A stretch of 42,560 nt of DNA, taken from contig JAQUOC010000001.1 in the NCBI GenBank assembly GCA_028717305.1, positions 1 to 42,560 of the forward strand. The letters are read 5' to 3'. Positions 10,627-19,862 of this stretch are shown one piece after another. Both the position numbers and the translations under genes were made by a program. Within the stretch, counting starts at the first letter, position 1, and every line of letters starts with the position of its first letter. This stretch comes from Dehalococcoidales bacterium. GTDB lineage: Bacteria > Chloroflexota > Dehalococcoidia > Dehalococcoidales > UBA5760. The notes beneath the pieces are model-generated. The model was not told the DNA's origin, searched no databases, and worked only from the letters and a program-made list of their open reading frames with translations.

Positions 10627-13272
10627 CTATTTGATCGGTTGATTTTTATCCAGGAGACATACGGCGCTATGTGTTTGCGGGTCTGCGATTACCTTCGCGG
10701 CAGCGCCGTTCGCCGCTGCTTTTACGTCAATTACTTGAACCACCTCCTTAAAGTTCAGTAATTCGGGCAGAATATCCCTCAGAATATTTGGTGAGCCGGC
10801 AAAGAACTCGGTGTTGAAATCTGCGGTCTTGTCATCGGGATAAACTGGTAGGTAAAGTATCTCCGCCTCTACCAGGTCCTGGAAAAAATGGGTTCCGTAA
10901 GAGACCTCCGGTTTATGACCGGCTTTCTCGCGGGCGACTTCTACCAGCACTGCTGTATTATTAATATCTGAGTAGCTCACATTCACGCCAAGCTCAATGT
11001 TACTGCTGCCCCAGCGGCCGGGGCCCATCATCATAAATTTACCCTCTTTATTACGTAGTTTGTCGTTTATCTTACCTATCACTCGTCCCAGGGTTCTCTT
11101 CTCATCAAGCGTGGCAACTTCGGCATATTTTTGGGGGTTAATATAGACGATGTATCGTATATCACCGACTATCCCGGCGCTGATTGCCTGATTGGAGCGG
11201 AATAGTAAGCTTTCCTGGGCAATATTTGGTGGAATACGTATGGAAACGCCCTCTGATTTGGGTACACGTAATGAGCGGCATTGCAACAGGTTGACCTTTA
11301 CTTGATTTGCACTGTCGACATGCGCGGTAAATTCGATATCTACCGGCTGGCCCCAAGCCTTTTCGAGTTTGGCCAGCATCCCCCCGATGATGTTAACCAG
11401 TTCGGTTTGCTTGATCAGATTATTAAAGGTCAGAACGAAGTTCTTTTCCTGATTGGACGTTGGAGGTACGAACCAGTCACGCAGGTAACCGTCAGCTATT
11501 TCAGAAATCATTAGTGGTAGGGTGGGGTAGTTATTAACGTCGATTATTTCACTGAAAGGTTCGACCTCAAAAGTATTTTTCTCGATATTCAAAATATCTA
11601 CCATTCGCTGCGAATACCTGGCTATTTCCATGCCAACCTCGGGTCTTAGTTGGGGGTGGCTGACGGCAATCATTCGGGGGTAGTCACCGCTAACGCGGTT
11701 GACAGCACGAGTCCCCAGGCCAAATACCAGCCGTATCATACCTCTTCGGGTATCAATGCGGTTTGTCCATGCGTAAAGGTTATGTGAGAAAGCAACTCCG
11801 GCCAGACTGGGGAAGAAGTATTGCTTGTATGGTGTTCCGGAGACACGTTGTACCAGGATTGCCATTTGTTCGTCACCTTCGCTGAGCCCGCGCCTGTGGC
11901 GATATGATAGAGCATCCGGGTTCAGCGTACTGGCATATACCAGTTTGATTGCTCTTAACAGGGCCTCCAGACGAGTTTCAGGACTACCCTGGTTGGTACA
12001 GAACTCGCTGCGGTACTTTCCGGCGAAGGCATCTGTAAAGCCGTCCTCAAGGAGGCTTGAGGAACGTACAATAATAGGAGCCTGCCCGTAGTAATCAAGC
12101 ATATTCCGTAGCTGTTCTATTATTTCTTCTGCGAAATTACCGCAGAGGAACTGCTGCTCTACTTTCGCGAATTCATCCTTTGATAACCTGCCCGTTTTCG
12201 ACAACTGTAATCTGAGTTTGAACAGGTTATTTTTTACCAGGAAAGTGAAGAAAACATCCGAGCCGATGTAGAAAGAATCATGCTCTTCCAGCAGTTGATT
12301 GAAGCCAGGTCCGCCATCGTCTGCGGCCAGAACACCTCTTGCTATTAGCATTCCGGCTGCTTTGCCGCCTATCCGTCCGGAACCGATAAGACGACCTCTG
12401 ATTTGAAGCAGGTCATTTAGGGTCAGGTATCGGTCGGATAGCTGGTTCAGCTTCTTATGGTTACCCATCATCATTCGTGAGAGCGATTCCTTTAGGGCTA
12501 TGGACTTGGCAGGCGTACCCGATGAATCCACGTGAGTTCTCTGATACTGAACCAGCGTTTGATAAACAGTCTCCCAGGGTGCTATGGAATCAGAGCTGAT
12601 ATTGATTGGCCGTCTGCTGGCATTGGTCAGTATCGTAGCCGCATCGCCGCTGTGAAGGATGGGCTCCAATTCATCGGCATTAATCCTGTGGGGTAAAAAC
12701 ATGTATGGTGAATAGCGGTTCCACACCTTTAACGGCTGAAGATACATATTGCCTTCGACATGATAAACATCGATTAGTATCTGAGTGGTACTGCGTATGC
12801 GAGTTATAGCACTCTGTCCATGCTGACCACGTCTGATGGCAAAGTAAGCTATGGCGTTGAGTTCAAAAAGGTAGGGGCAGGTTACCTGGAAGAAGTTAGC
12901 CAGTAGTTCATCGGTAGCCCATTCGTCCACCAAAGCGGAAAGGTTGTCGAATATGTAGAAAGTCCTTTCGCCGCATTCCTCAATAATTCGGTGCACCTCA
13001 ATGGTGAAATAGTCGAATCCGGGACCGGGATCAATATTGATAATTTTCAGGCCGGTTCGTGGTTGGAGAATGGCGGTGTGAGGGGCAAAACGCAGGTAAA
13101 CACAGGCAAAGCCGTCTTTGATCGCTTGATCTGCAACAGCTTGGGCAAAGTACGGATAATCTTCGAGGCGATCAACCTGCCAGACTACATTGTCACCCAA
13201 TCGTAGATTTTGCAGGAGTTCGTCAAGCGGACGGAGTCCGGTGCTAATTGTCTTACGAGCCACTCTTTCCAT
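10627..13272 (-). CDS. PEP/pyruvate-binding (PPDK_N ATP-grasp) domain protein with N-terminal degenerate KaiC/RecA-like domain
   Basis: 881 aa. The central block GRLIGSGRIGGKAAGMLIARGVL ... IVRSSSLLEDGF is the PPDK/PEP-synthase nucleotide-binding signature. The N-terminus (ISTGLRPLDELLQNLRLGDNVVWQVDRLEDY) looks KaiC/RadA-like but lacks a GxxGxGKT Walker A motif. No swivel-His or PEP-utilising C-terminal domain was recognised. Confidence 0.65.
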   Translation of the reverse strand: MERVARKTISTGLRPLDELLQNLRLGDNVVWQVDRLEDYPYFAQAVADQAIKDGFACVYLRFAPHTAILQPRTGLKIINIDPGPGFDYFTIEVHRIIEECGERTFYIFDNLSALVDEWATDELLANFFQVTCPYLFELNAIAYFAIRRGQHGQSAITRIRSTTQILIDVYHVEGNMYLQPLKVWNRYSPYMFLPHRINADELEPILHSGDAATILTNASRRPINISSDSIAPWETVYQTLVQYQRTHVDSSGTPAKSIALKESLSRMMMGNHKKLNQLSDRYLTLNDLLQIRGRLIGSGRIGGKAAGMLIARGVLAADDGGPGFNQLLEEHDSFYIGSDVFFTFLVKNNLFKLRLQLSKTGRLSKDEFAKVEQQFLCGNFAEEIIEQLRNMLDYYGQAPIIVRSSSLLEDGFTDAFAGKYRSEFCTNQGSPETRLEALLRAIKLVYASTLNPDALSYRHRRGLSEGDEQMAILVQRVSGTPYKQYFFPSLAGVAFSHNLYAWTNRIDTRRGMIRLVFGLGTRAVNRVSGDYPRMIAVSHPQLRPEVGMEIARYSQRMVDILNIEKNTFEVEPFSEIIDVNNYPTLPLMISEIADGYLRDWFVPPTSNQEKNFVLTFNNLIKQTELVNIIGGMLAKLEKAWGQPVDIEFTAHVDSANQVKVNLLQCRSLRVPKSEGVSIRIPPNIAQESLLFRSNQAISAGIVGDIRYIVYINPQKYAEVATLDEKRTLGRVIGKINDKLRNKEGKFMMMGPGRWGSSNIELGVNVSYSDINNTAVLVEVAREKAGHKPEVSYGTHFFQDLVEAEILYLPVYPDDKTADFNTEFFAGSPNILRDILPELLNFKEVVQVIDVKAAANGAAAKVIADPQTHSAVCLLDKNQPIK

Positions 13273-13338
13273 GTGAAATAATCCTTGCCTGAATTAATAC
13301 GGTATACGGCAACCGACTACCGTATGCCATATTATAGT

Positions 13339-13368
13339 GAATACCTTAGTATTATGTCAAAGGTATTC
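13339..13368. promoter_or_regulatory. 9-bp perfect inverted repeat with 12-nt spacer upstream of the PPDK-like/GltB-like operon
   Basis: GAATACCTT-agtattatgtca-AAGGTATTC, 67-96 nt upstream of the start codon at 13272. Confidence 0.4.
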
Positions 13369-13688
13369 AGAGGAGTTGAACAGATATGAGAGTAATTTAG
13401 AAGCATTAGAGACTATTTGTATCACTAAATAATGCTGATTCACAATATTTTACTCTTTTATGGGTAAAAACGGATCTGTTCAATTTTTGGGTGGAAACAA
13501 GTGGCTACTCGTTTTCTGTCTTGGATGCAATGTCTTGCGATGTTTACCTTTGAAACCGCTGTTTCTTCAGAGAGGATATGTTGATTGTGACGGGCTTTGA
13601 AAATCGCTTATCATAACGGAACTTTAGGTACCAAGACGATGAAAAGGGATCGCTTGAGTCAACGCGCTACACTACTCAGACGGGCGAG

Positions 13689-14471
13689 CTATTTTTGAGT
13701 CCATTGGATTATCCGGCTTGACCAGGCTTCCTGAATCCCTTCCGCAAGCCCTGATTGCTTGGGTTCTCTGATGTTAAGCAGCCGATCCAAGGTCCTGGTA
13801 TCAAACTCCTGGACAAAGTGGCATTTCTTTCGGAAATCCAGTGTGGTTTTCCTGGTACCTCCATAAAAAAGATAATCCAATATTCCGGCATAAGGCTCTA
13901 ACTGTCCCCTGGTATGTTGACAGACCCGTGTAAAAAAGGTTTCCATCTGCTTTTCACGATGTCGCGCAAATCGTTGGGACGAAGAGCCCCCCTGACGGTG
14001 GCGGGCATGTACCAGGCCTGTGCCAACCCTGCTGGAAAGCAATTTCTCACCCTGAAAAACGCCAATACCGTACGCCCCGAGCCTTACAATTACCAGACCT
14101 ACAATAAAATCATGATGCATGAGGGAATAAAGAGGTTCAATTTCACAGGTGTTGGAAACTCTTTCTTCAGCCACAGGGAACGGGGGCATCACCAGATACC
14201 GGTGATGTGGTCCCCCAAAAAGTATTCCCCCTGTCCGGGACTCCGCAATCAAGTTAGATAGGTCTTCAGGTATTGTCTTCATATCCATTATCGTTTCCAG
14301 CATACCTTCTATGCTTGCTTTTGAAGACTTTGGCGGAACGTATAAAGAACCGACCGCTATAGAGTTGGTCTTTAATTCCTCCAGCAAATGCAATAATTTT
14401 ACCTTAGTTAAATTGTACCGTCTGATAGATGACATTCTTCCTCTTGGCCATCGATTCCCCGACACGGGCAT
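13689..14471 (-). CDS. Vms1/ANKZF1-like (VLRF1, eRF1-fold) putative peptidyl-tRNA hydrolase
   Basis: 260 aa. The block VGTGLVHARHRQGGSSSQRFARHREKQMETFF resembles the conserved GGS-Q / RF-R-RE loop of bacterial VLRF1 proteins. GGGAG lies 9 nt before the ATG. Confidence 0.6.
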   Translation of the reverse strand: MPVSGNRWPRGRMSSIRRYNLTKVKLLHLLEELKTNSIAVGSLYVPPKSSKASIEGMLETIMDMKTIPEDLSNLIAESRTGGILFGGPHHRYLVMPPFPVAEERVSNTCEIEPLYSLMHHDFIVGLVIVRLGAYGIGVFQGEKLLSSRVGTGLVHARHRQGGSSSQRFARHREKQMETFFTRVCQHTRGQLEPYAGILDYLFYGGTRKTTLDFRKKCHFVQEFDTRTLDRLLNIREPKQSGLAEGIQEAWSSRIIQWTQK

Positions 14472-14602
14472 AAGTCTGGCTCCCTGTAGCTGCCTGCAAT
14501 TTTGTCATGTCACCTTTTTCATATATTAAGGTCCCCTTAAGAAATGAGGGGCTCTTTATTCATCAGGTGTGATATACCTGCCAGCGGGGAAGACATGAGA
14601 GC

Positions 14603-15865
14603 TTACAGCTTTAAGAGTTCTTCCAGCGGCGTGTCCTCGGCGACGGGGCCGACTATGGCCAGGCGGAGGTTCTTCCCGTCTATCAACTCCTGGGCCAGCT
14701 TCTTTAAGTCCTCAGCAGTGATGGCGTCGATAATAGCGGTTACCTCTTCCGGGGTTAGAATACGCCTGGTGAGAATCTCCTGTCCTCCCAGCCAGCCGGC
14801 AACGTTATGGCTATCTTCCATTCTGAGCAGCATCTGTCCCTTGGAAAGCTCTCTGGCACGGGCCAGCTCGCCATCGGGTACTGTTTCCTTAATCCGGTTA
14901 AGCTGCTCCAGAATGGCTTTGATTGCGGTAATCAGATTTCTGGTATCTACCCCGGCGTATATCGTCATTGATCCGGAGTCGAGAAAGTGCTCGATGTAGC
15001 TGTGAATGCTGTAGACCAGCCCCAGTCGGTCGCGAATCTCGGTAAACAACCGGCTGCTCATACCCTGGCCGAGGACAGTATTGAGCAGGTCGAGCTTGAA
15101 TCGTTGTGGATGAAGGAGCGGTAAGCCTGGCAGCGCCAGGCATAGGTGGCACTGTTCGATATCACGTTTCTCTATTATGACCCGCTGGAATTGCTTCGGC
15201 TGATATTCGGAATAGCCGGTAGGTGGCTTACGGCTGGTCCAGTTATCCATTACCTGCCTGACCGCGTTGACCGCTTGCTGGTGCCGGATGTTGCCGGCGA
15301 TAGCGACCACGGTGTTGTCCGGCTGGTACTGGCGGTCGAGGTAATCGAGCATTGCTTCTCTGGTGATACCGGCTACCGACTCCTTGCTGCCGGCTACGTC
15401 ACGGCCCAGGGGGTGTTTAGGCCACATAAGTCCGTCGATGAGCATATTGGCTTCCTGTGAAGGGGAGTCTTTGCACATATTGATTTCTTCGATAATAACC
15501 TGCCGTTCCTTCGTTATCTCTTCAGGGTCGAACCGGGGGTGGAGCAGCATGTCGGTGAGTACGTCCAGGGCCAGTGGGAAGTGTTGCTGGGCGACCTTAC
15601 ACCAGTAGACGGTTAGCTCCTTGTCCGTACCGCCGTTTAAGATTCCGCCGATGCCTTCGATTGCTGCTGAGATTTCCCCGGGGGAGGGGTACTTCGCGCT
15701 GCCCTTGAAGAGAATGTGCTCGATAAAATGAGAGGTGCCGGCTTCGGTATCGGACTCGTACCGGGATCCGGTGCCGACAAATAGGCTGATGCATACCGAG
15801 CGCGTGTGTGGCATGGTTGAGGTAACCAGCCGCAGGCCGTTATCAAGGGTAGTCTTCTGGTACAA
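14603..15865 (-). CDS. M16 (pitrilysin/insulinase) family zinc peptidase
   Basis: 420 aa with a TTG start after GGAGGTG. Contains the inverted zinc motif HFIEH (HxxEH) followed by ...KGS; two-domain M16 length. Confidence 0.85.
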   Translation of the reverse strand: MYQKTTLDNGLRLVTSTMPHTRSVCISLFVGTGSRYESDTEAGTSHFIEHILFKGSAKYPSPGEISAAIEGIGGILNGGTDKELTVYWCKVAQQHFPLALDVLTDMLLHPRFDPEEITKERQVIIEEINMCKDSPSQEANMLIDGLMWPKHPLGRDVAGSKESVAGITREAMLDYLDRQYQPDNTVVAIAGNIRHQQAVNAVRQVMDNWTSRKPPTGYSEYQPKQFQRVIIEKRDIEQCHLCLALPGLPLLHPQRFKLDLLNTVLGQGMSSRLFTEIRDRLGLVYSIHSYIEHFLDSGSMTIYAGVDTRNLITAIKAILEQLNRIKETVPDGELARARELSKGQMLLRMEDSHNVAGWLGGQEILTRRILTPEEVTAIIDAITAEDLKKLAQELIDGKNLRLAIVGPVAEDTPLEELLKL

Positions 15866-15928
15866 TGGTCCACCTCCAAATAGTATTAATCAGGCCTTAA
15901 ACAGAACAATACCGGTGGGGTCCGGGGA

Positions 15929-16708
15929 CTAGCTTTTCTGTAGTTCACTGAAGAGTTCTGCACACAGGCCGTCCGGTATTCGTGGTGATGGCTTGTTCAG
16001 GAGTTCCGTATGCAGCGGTGTAATCGAAATATTGCCTTTCTCAATAGCGTGGATGTCGGTATCTGCTTCAGTATCTCTGTTTATCTTCTGGCGTACCAGC
16101 CAGTAGTAGGCCTTTCTGCCGTCGTGTCCTTCCTCAACGGTATCAATATGGCTGCGGCTGGCCAGCCGGGTTATCTTTATCCCCTTGGTCTTTTCCAGGG
16201 GTAGACCGGGCAGGTTTATGTTGAGAAAGCTATTGCCGGGTGTGGCGTCACCGGTGACCTTTTCTGCCAGCAGGGTTGCTAATCTCGCGGCGTTGTCCAG
16301 GTAGAGATTATCCAGAGAGTCTATTGAGATGGCCAGAGCCGGTGTACCGCGCAGGTAGCCCTGGAGGGCGGCACCTACCGTTCCCGAGATGAGAACATCA
16401 TCGCCCAGGTTTGGCCCTGAGTTTATCCCGGAAACAACCAGGTCTACCTTATGTTTGAGCAGCTTACCGAGGCCGAGGATAACGCTATCCGCTGGCGTAC
16501 CTTCTACCGAGTAAGACTCTACATCGGCCACCAGTGGTCTCATCTTCTGCACCCGTAGCGGCTGGCGCAGGGTGACCGCAGTGCCCAGGGCACTCTGCTC
16601 TCTGTCCGGAGCGACTACGGATACCCGGCCGATTTTTTGCAGCTCTTTAACCAGCCTCCACAACCCGGGGGCAAAGATGCCGTCGTCATTGGTCACTAGT
16701 ATTTCCAT
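15929..16708 (-). CDS. surE: 5'/3'-nucleotidase SurE
   Basis: MEILVTNDDGIFAPGL..., SGINSGPNLGDDVLISGTVGAA. Confidence 0.9.
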   Translation of the reverse strand: MEILVTNDDGIFAPGLWRLVKELQKIGRVSVVAPDREQSALGTAVTLRQPLRVQKMRPLVADVESYSVEGTPADSVILGLGKLLKHKVDLVVSGINSGPNLGDDVLISGTVGAALQGYLRGTPALAISIDSLDNLYLDNAARLATLLAEKVTGDATPGNSFLNINLPGLPLEKTKGIKITRLASRSHIDTVEEGHDGRKAYYWLVRQKINRDTEADTDIHAIEKGNISITPLHTELLNKPSPRIPDGLCAELFSELQKS

Positions 16709-16779
16709 TGTCAGCGCTTTCGTTACGCCTAGTTTAGCATAGCACGGCTGGCGGCAGCAAAGGGCGGTACTATTCCCGC

Positions 16780-16808
16780 TGGACAGGTATTACCATAAAT
16801 ATTATAAT
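16780..16808 (+). promoter_or_regulatory. putative promoter of hpt (-35 TGGACA, 17 nt, -10 TATAAT)
   Basis: Hexamers at 16780-16785 and 16803-16808. The hpt ATG is only 11 nt beyond the -10 element. Confidence 0.45.
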
Positions 16809-16819
16809 CTCAACTGAAG

Positions 16820-17353
16820 ATGAGTTCTCAAACTGAACCCCGGATACTTTTTACCAGAGGTGAAATAGCGGCTGCTGTAAAGAGACTGTCGGTTCAGCTT
16901 GGCAGAGATTACCGGGGCAGGTGCCCGCTGCTGGTAGGCATCCTTAAAGGTTCCTTTGTCTTCATGGCTGATTTGGTGAGGTCTCTTGATTTTCCGCTTG
17001 AGGTGGAGTTTATCAAGCTCTCCAGCTATGGTCGGGGTAGAGAGAGCTCGGGAAAGGTCAGGGTGGTCAAGGGCCTTACCTCTCTGGTTAAGGGCAGGGA
17101 TGTGCTGGTGGTTGAGGACATCGTAGATACCGGTATTACCCTTTCCTTTCTAATGGACTACCTGAAGAAGAAAAAACCGGCTTCGCTACGGCTCTGTGCT
17201 CTTGCGGATAAGCCATCACGGCGGCGGTTGCCGCTTATCATTGACTATCTGGGCTTTACCGTTCCCGATAGATTTATCGTCGGTTACGGCATAGACTGGG
17301 ATGAGAAGTTTCGTTACCTGCCCGATATCTGCTATCTGGATGATGAGAATTGA
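16820..17353 (+). CDS. hpt: hypoxanthine phosphoribosyltransferase
   Basis: 177 aa. PRPP-binding loop VLVVEDIVDTGITL, plus the LVGILKGSFVFMADL block. Confidence 0.85.
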   Translation: MSSQTEPRILFTRGEIAAAVKRLSVQLGRDYRGRCPLLVGILKGSFVFMADLVRSLDFPLEVEFIKLSSYGRGRESSGKVRVVKGLTSLVKGRDVLVVEDIVDTGITLSFLMDYLKKKKPASLRLCALADKPSRRRLPLIIDYLGFTVPDRFIVGYGIDWDEKFRYLPDICYLDDEN

Positions 17354-17399
17354 CACCGGAAAGTAGACCTGCTGTATTTTCCCGGCTGTATCGAAAGGG

Positions 17400-19115
17400 A
17401 TGAGCTTGAGCAAAGAGCGTTTGATCTCAGTGGCCAGAGGGCAGCTTCCTGCTGACCTTATCCTGGCTAACGGCAGGGTGGTCAATGTCTTCAATGGTGA
17501 GATTGAGTCGACCAATGTGGCTCTCTGCGGTGGCAGGATCGCCGGGATAGGAGACTACTGTGAAGCAAAAGAGGTCATTGATTTAGGGAATAGGTATATT
17601 GTTCCCGGTCTGATTAACGGGCATACTCACCTGGAAAGCTCGATGCTCAGCGTTGATCAGTATGCCCGTGCCGTGGTACCGCGGGGAACGCTGGCGGTGG
17701 TGACCGATCTTCACGAAATAGCTAATGTCTGCGGTCTTAATGGCATCCGGTATGTTCTGGATCGTGCCCGCCGCCTGCCCCTGGAGCTTTTCTTGATGGC
17801 TCCTTCCTGCGTGCCGGCGACTCATCTGGAGACCTCGGGGGCAAACCTTGGGCCTGATGATATTAGAAAAATGCTCCGCTGGCGTGGCTGTATCGGGTTG
17901 GGAGAGGTAATGAACTTCCCCGGCGTGCTGGCCGGTGATGAGAATGTCCTCAAGAAGATCAACTCGGCGGAGGGGAATGTGGTTGACGGCCATGCTCCAG
18001 GCTTGGGCGGCAGGGACTTAAATGCCTATATTACGGCCGGTATTGGTTCCGATCATGAGTCGGTATCTCTCGATGAGGCCGGAGAGAAACTAGGTCGCGG
18101 CATGTACCTTATGATACGCGAGGGGTCCTCGGAGAAGAACCTGGATGCACTACTTCCTCTGGTCAGTGACAGGACCTATCCCCGGTGTCTCTTCGTTGTC
18201 GATGACCGCAACTGTGTCGACCTGCTTGGCGATGGTGATATTGATGCTGTGGTGCGTAAGGCAGTCGGGCGTGGCCTCGACCCGGTGCGGGCGATTCAGA
18301 TGGCGACCATAAATGCCGCGGTATACTTCCGCCTGAGTGGGCTCGGAGCGGTTGCCCCGGGCTACCTGGCCAATCTAATTGTTAGCCAGGAACTGACCGA
18401 CTTGCGGGCGGACATGGTATTCTACCGGGGTACACTTGTGGCTAGGAAGGGAGAACCGCTGTTTGCTATCCGTAAAGAGAGCGGCACGGGACTAAACCAC
18501 ACGGTAAACATTAAGCCCTATGATTTGGAGTCCCTGCGGCTTGTCTCGTCCGGGGATACCGAGCCGGTCATTGAGATTATTCCCGGCCAGATAATTACCC
18601 GGAAAAGGATGGCGCGGGTTACCGCTAGAGAAGGCGTTATTGTGCCGGATAATAAGCGGGATATTCTGAAGCTGGTGGTGGTGGAGAGGCATCGAGCCAG
18701 CGGTAACATCGGACTGGGGCTGGTCAGTGGGTTTGGCCTGAAGAGAGGGGCGCTGGCTTCCTCGATCGCCCACGATTCTCATAACATTGTCTGTGTCGGC
18801 ACTAGCGATGAAGACATATTTATCGCTCTGAAAGAGGTTGAGCGGCTTAACGGCGGTCTGGTGGTGACCGCCGGTGGTGGGGTGCTGGCTAGTCTGCCTC
18901 TCCCGGTAGCAGGTTTACTTTCTGAAGAGCCGCTGGAGGTAGTGGCGGACGGTCTGGAACATCTGGAGCAGCTGGCTGCTGATTTGGGTAGCAGTCTGCC
19001 GTCCCCTTTTGCCGCCCTTTCCTTTCTGGCGCTGCCGGTTATTCCTGAACTCAGGCTGACCGATCTGGGTATGGTCGATGTTCATCAATTCAGGTTGATT
19101 GAGAGGGGGACTTAG
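17400..19115 (+). CDS. ade: adenine deaminase
   Basis: 571 aa. ADLILANGRVVNVFNGEI..., PGLINGHTHLESSM metal-binding motif. Length and C-terminal domain are typical of Ade. Confidence 0.85.
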   Translation: MSLSKERLISVARGQLPADLILANGRVVNVFNGEIESTNVALCGGRIAGIGDYCEAKEVIDLGNRYIVPGLINGHTHLESSMLSVDQYARAVVPRGTLAVVTDLHEIANVCGLNGIRYVLDRARRLPLELFLMAPSCVPATHLETSGANLGPDDIRKMLRWRGCIGLGEVMNFPGVLAGDENVLKKINSAEGNVVDGHAPGLGGRDLNAYITAGIGSDHESVSLDEAGEKLGRGMYLMIREGSSEKNLDALLPLVSDRTYPRCLFVVDDRNCVDLLGDGDIDAVVRKAVGRGLDPVRAIQMATINAAVYFRLSGLGAVAPGYLANLIVSQELTDLRADMVFYRGTLVARKGEPLFAIRKESGTGLNHTVNIKPYDLESLRLVSSGDTEPVIEIIPGQIITRKRMARVTAREGVIVPDNKRDILKLVVVERHRASGNIGLGLVSGFGLKRGALASSIAHDSHNIVCVGTSDEDIFIALKEVERLNGGLVVTAGGGVLASLPLPVAGLLSEEPLEVVADGLEHLEQLAADLGSSLPSPFAALSFLALPVIPELRLTDLGMVDVHQFRLIERGT

Positions 19116-19116
19116 A

Positions 19117-19830
19117 ATGCATTCGTCACGGACATCTCCTATTTTTGAGAACCGCTTCGATGCCGGCAGTCAACTGGCCGGGAGGCTTGCCGAATATCAG
19201 GGGCAGCCGGTAGTAGTACTGGCTATCCCTAATGGTGGTCTGCCGGTTGGATTACAGGTAGCCCTGGCGCTTGGCGCCGATCTTGACGTGGTTATTTCGC
19301 GCAAGCTCCCCATACCTCTCCGGCCGGAGGGCGGCTTCGGTGCTATTGCCGACGATGGTGCGGTAATTCTTAACGAAGAGGTGTTAAAGGAGGTTAACCT
19401 CACCGAGCAACAGATAAACTATCAGGTCGGTATGGTGAGGACGGATATCCGCCAGCGGAGCCTGCTCTACAGAGGTACCAAGCCGCTTTCTATCATAGGC
19501 GGGAAGACAGTGATTATTGTTGATGACGGGCTGGCTTCGGGCTATACCATGATTGCGGCGGTGGAATCGGTGCGCAGGCGCCGTCCGGCCCGGGTGGTGG
19601 TGGCAGTACCAGCGGCGTCAGAGGCGGCGGTAAAGCGATTAGAAAAGGTTGCTGACCGTGTGGTGACCGTGGCTACCGGTGTAATGTCCAGGTTCTATAT
19701 CGCCGATTACTACCGCTACTGGCACGTACTAAGCGATGACGAAGGTATTAAGTGCCTGAAAGAGTATCGCATGCGCCGCTTTGCCCCCGGTGTTGAGCCC
19801 AAGCCGGCTGGTCTAAAAGAGATCGACTAG
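19117..19830 (+). CDS. phosphoribosyltransferase-domain protein (COG1926-like)
   Basis: PRPP loop VIIVDDGLASGYTMIAA. The start was moved from 19099 to the ATG at 19117, which follows GAGAGGGGGA and sits just after the ade stop. Confidence 0.65.
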   Translation: MHSSRTSPIFENRFDAGSQLAGRLAEYQGQPVVVLAIPNGGLPVGLQVALALGADLDVVISRKLPIPLRPEGGFGAIADDGAVILNEEVLKEVNLTEQQINYQVGMVRTDIRQRSLLYRGTKPLSIIGGKTVIIVDDGLASGYTMIAAVESVRRRRPARVVVAVPAASEAAVKRLEKVADRVVTVATGVMSRFYIADYYRYWHVLSDDEGIKCLKEYRMRRFAPGVEPKPAGLKEID

Positions 19831-19862
19831 CCACTATGGCAGCGGCTGGATCAGCCCTTTTA

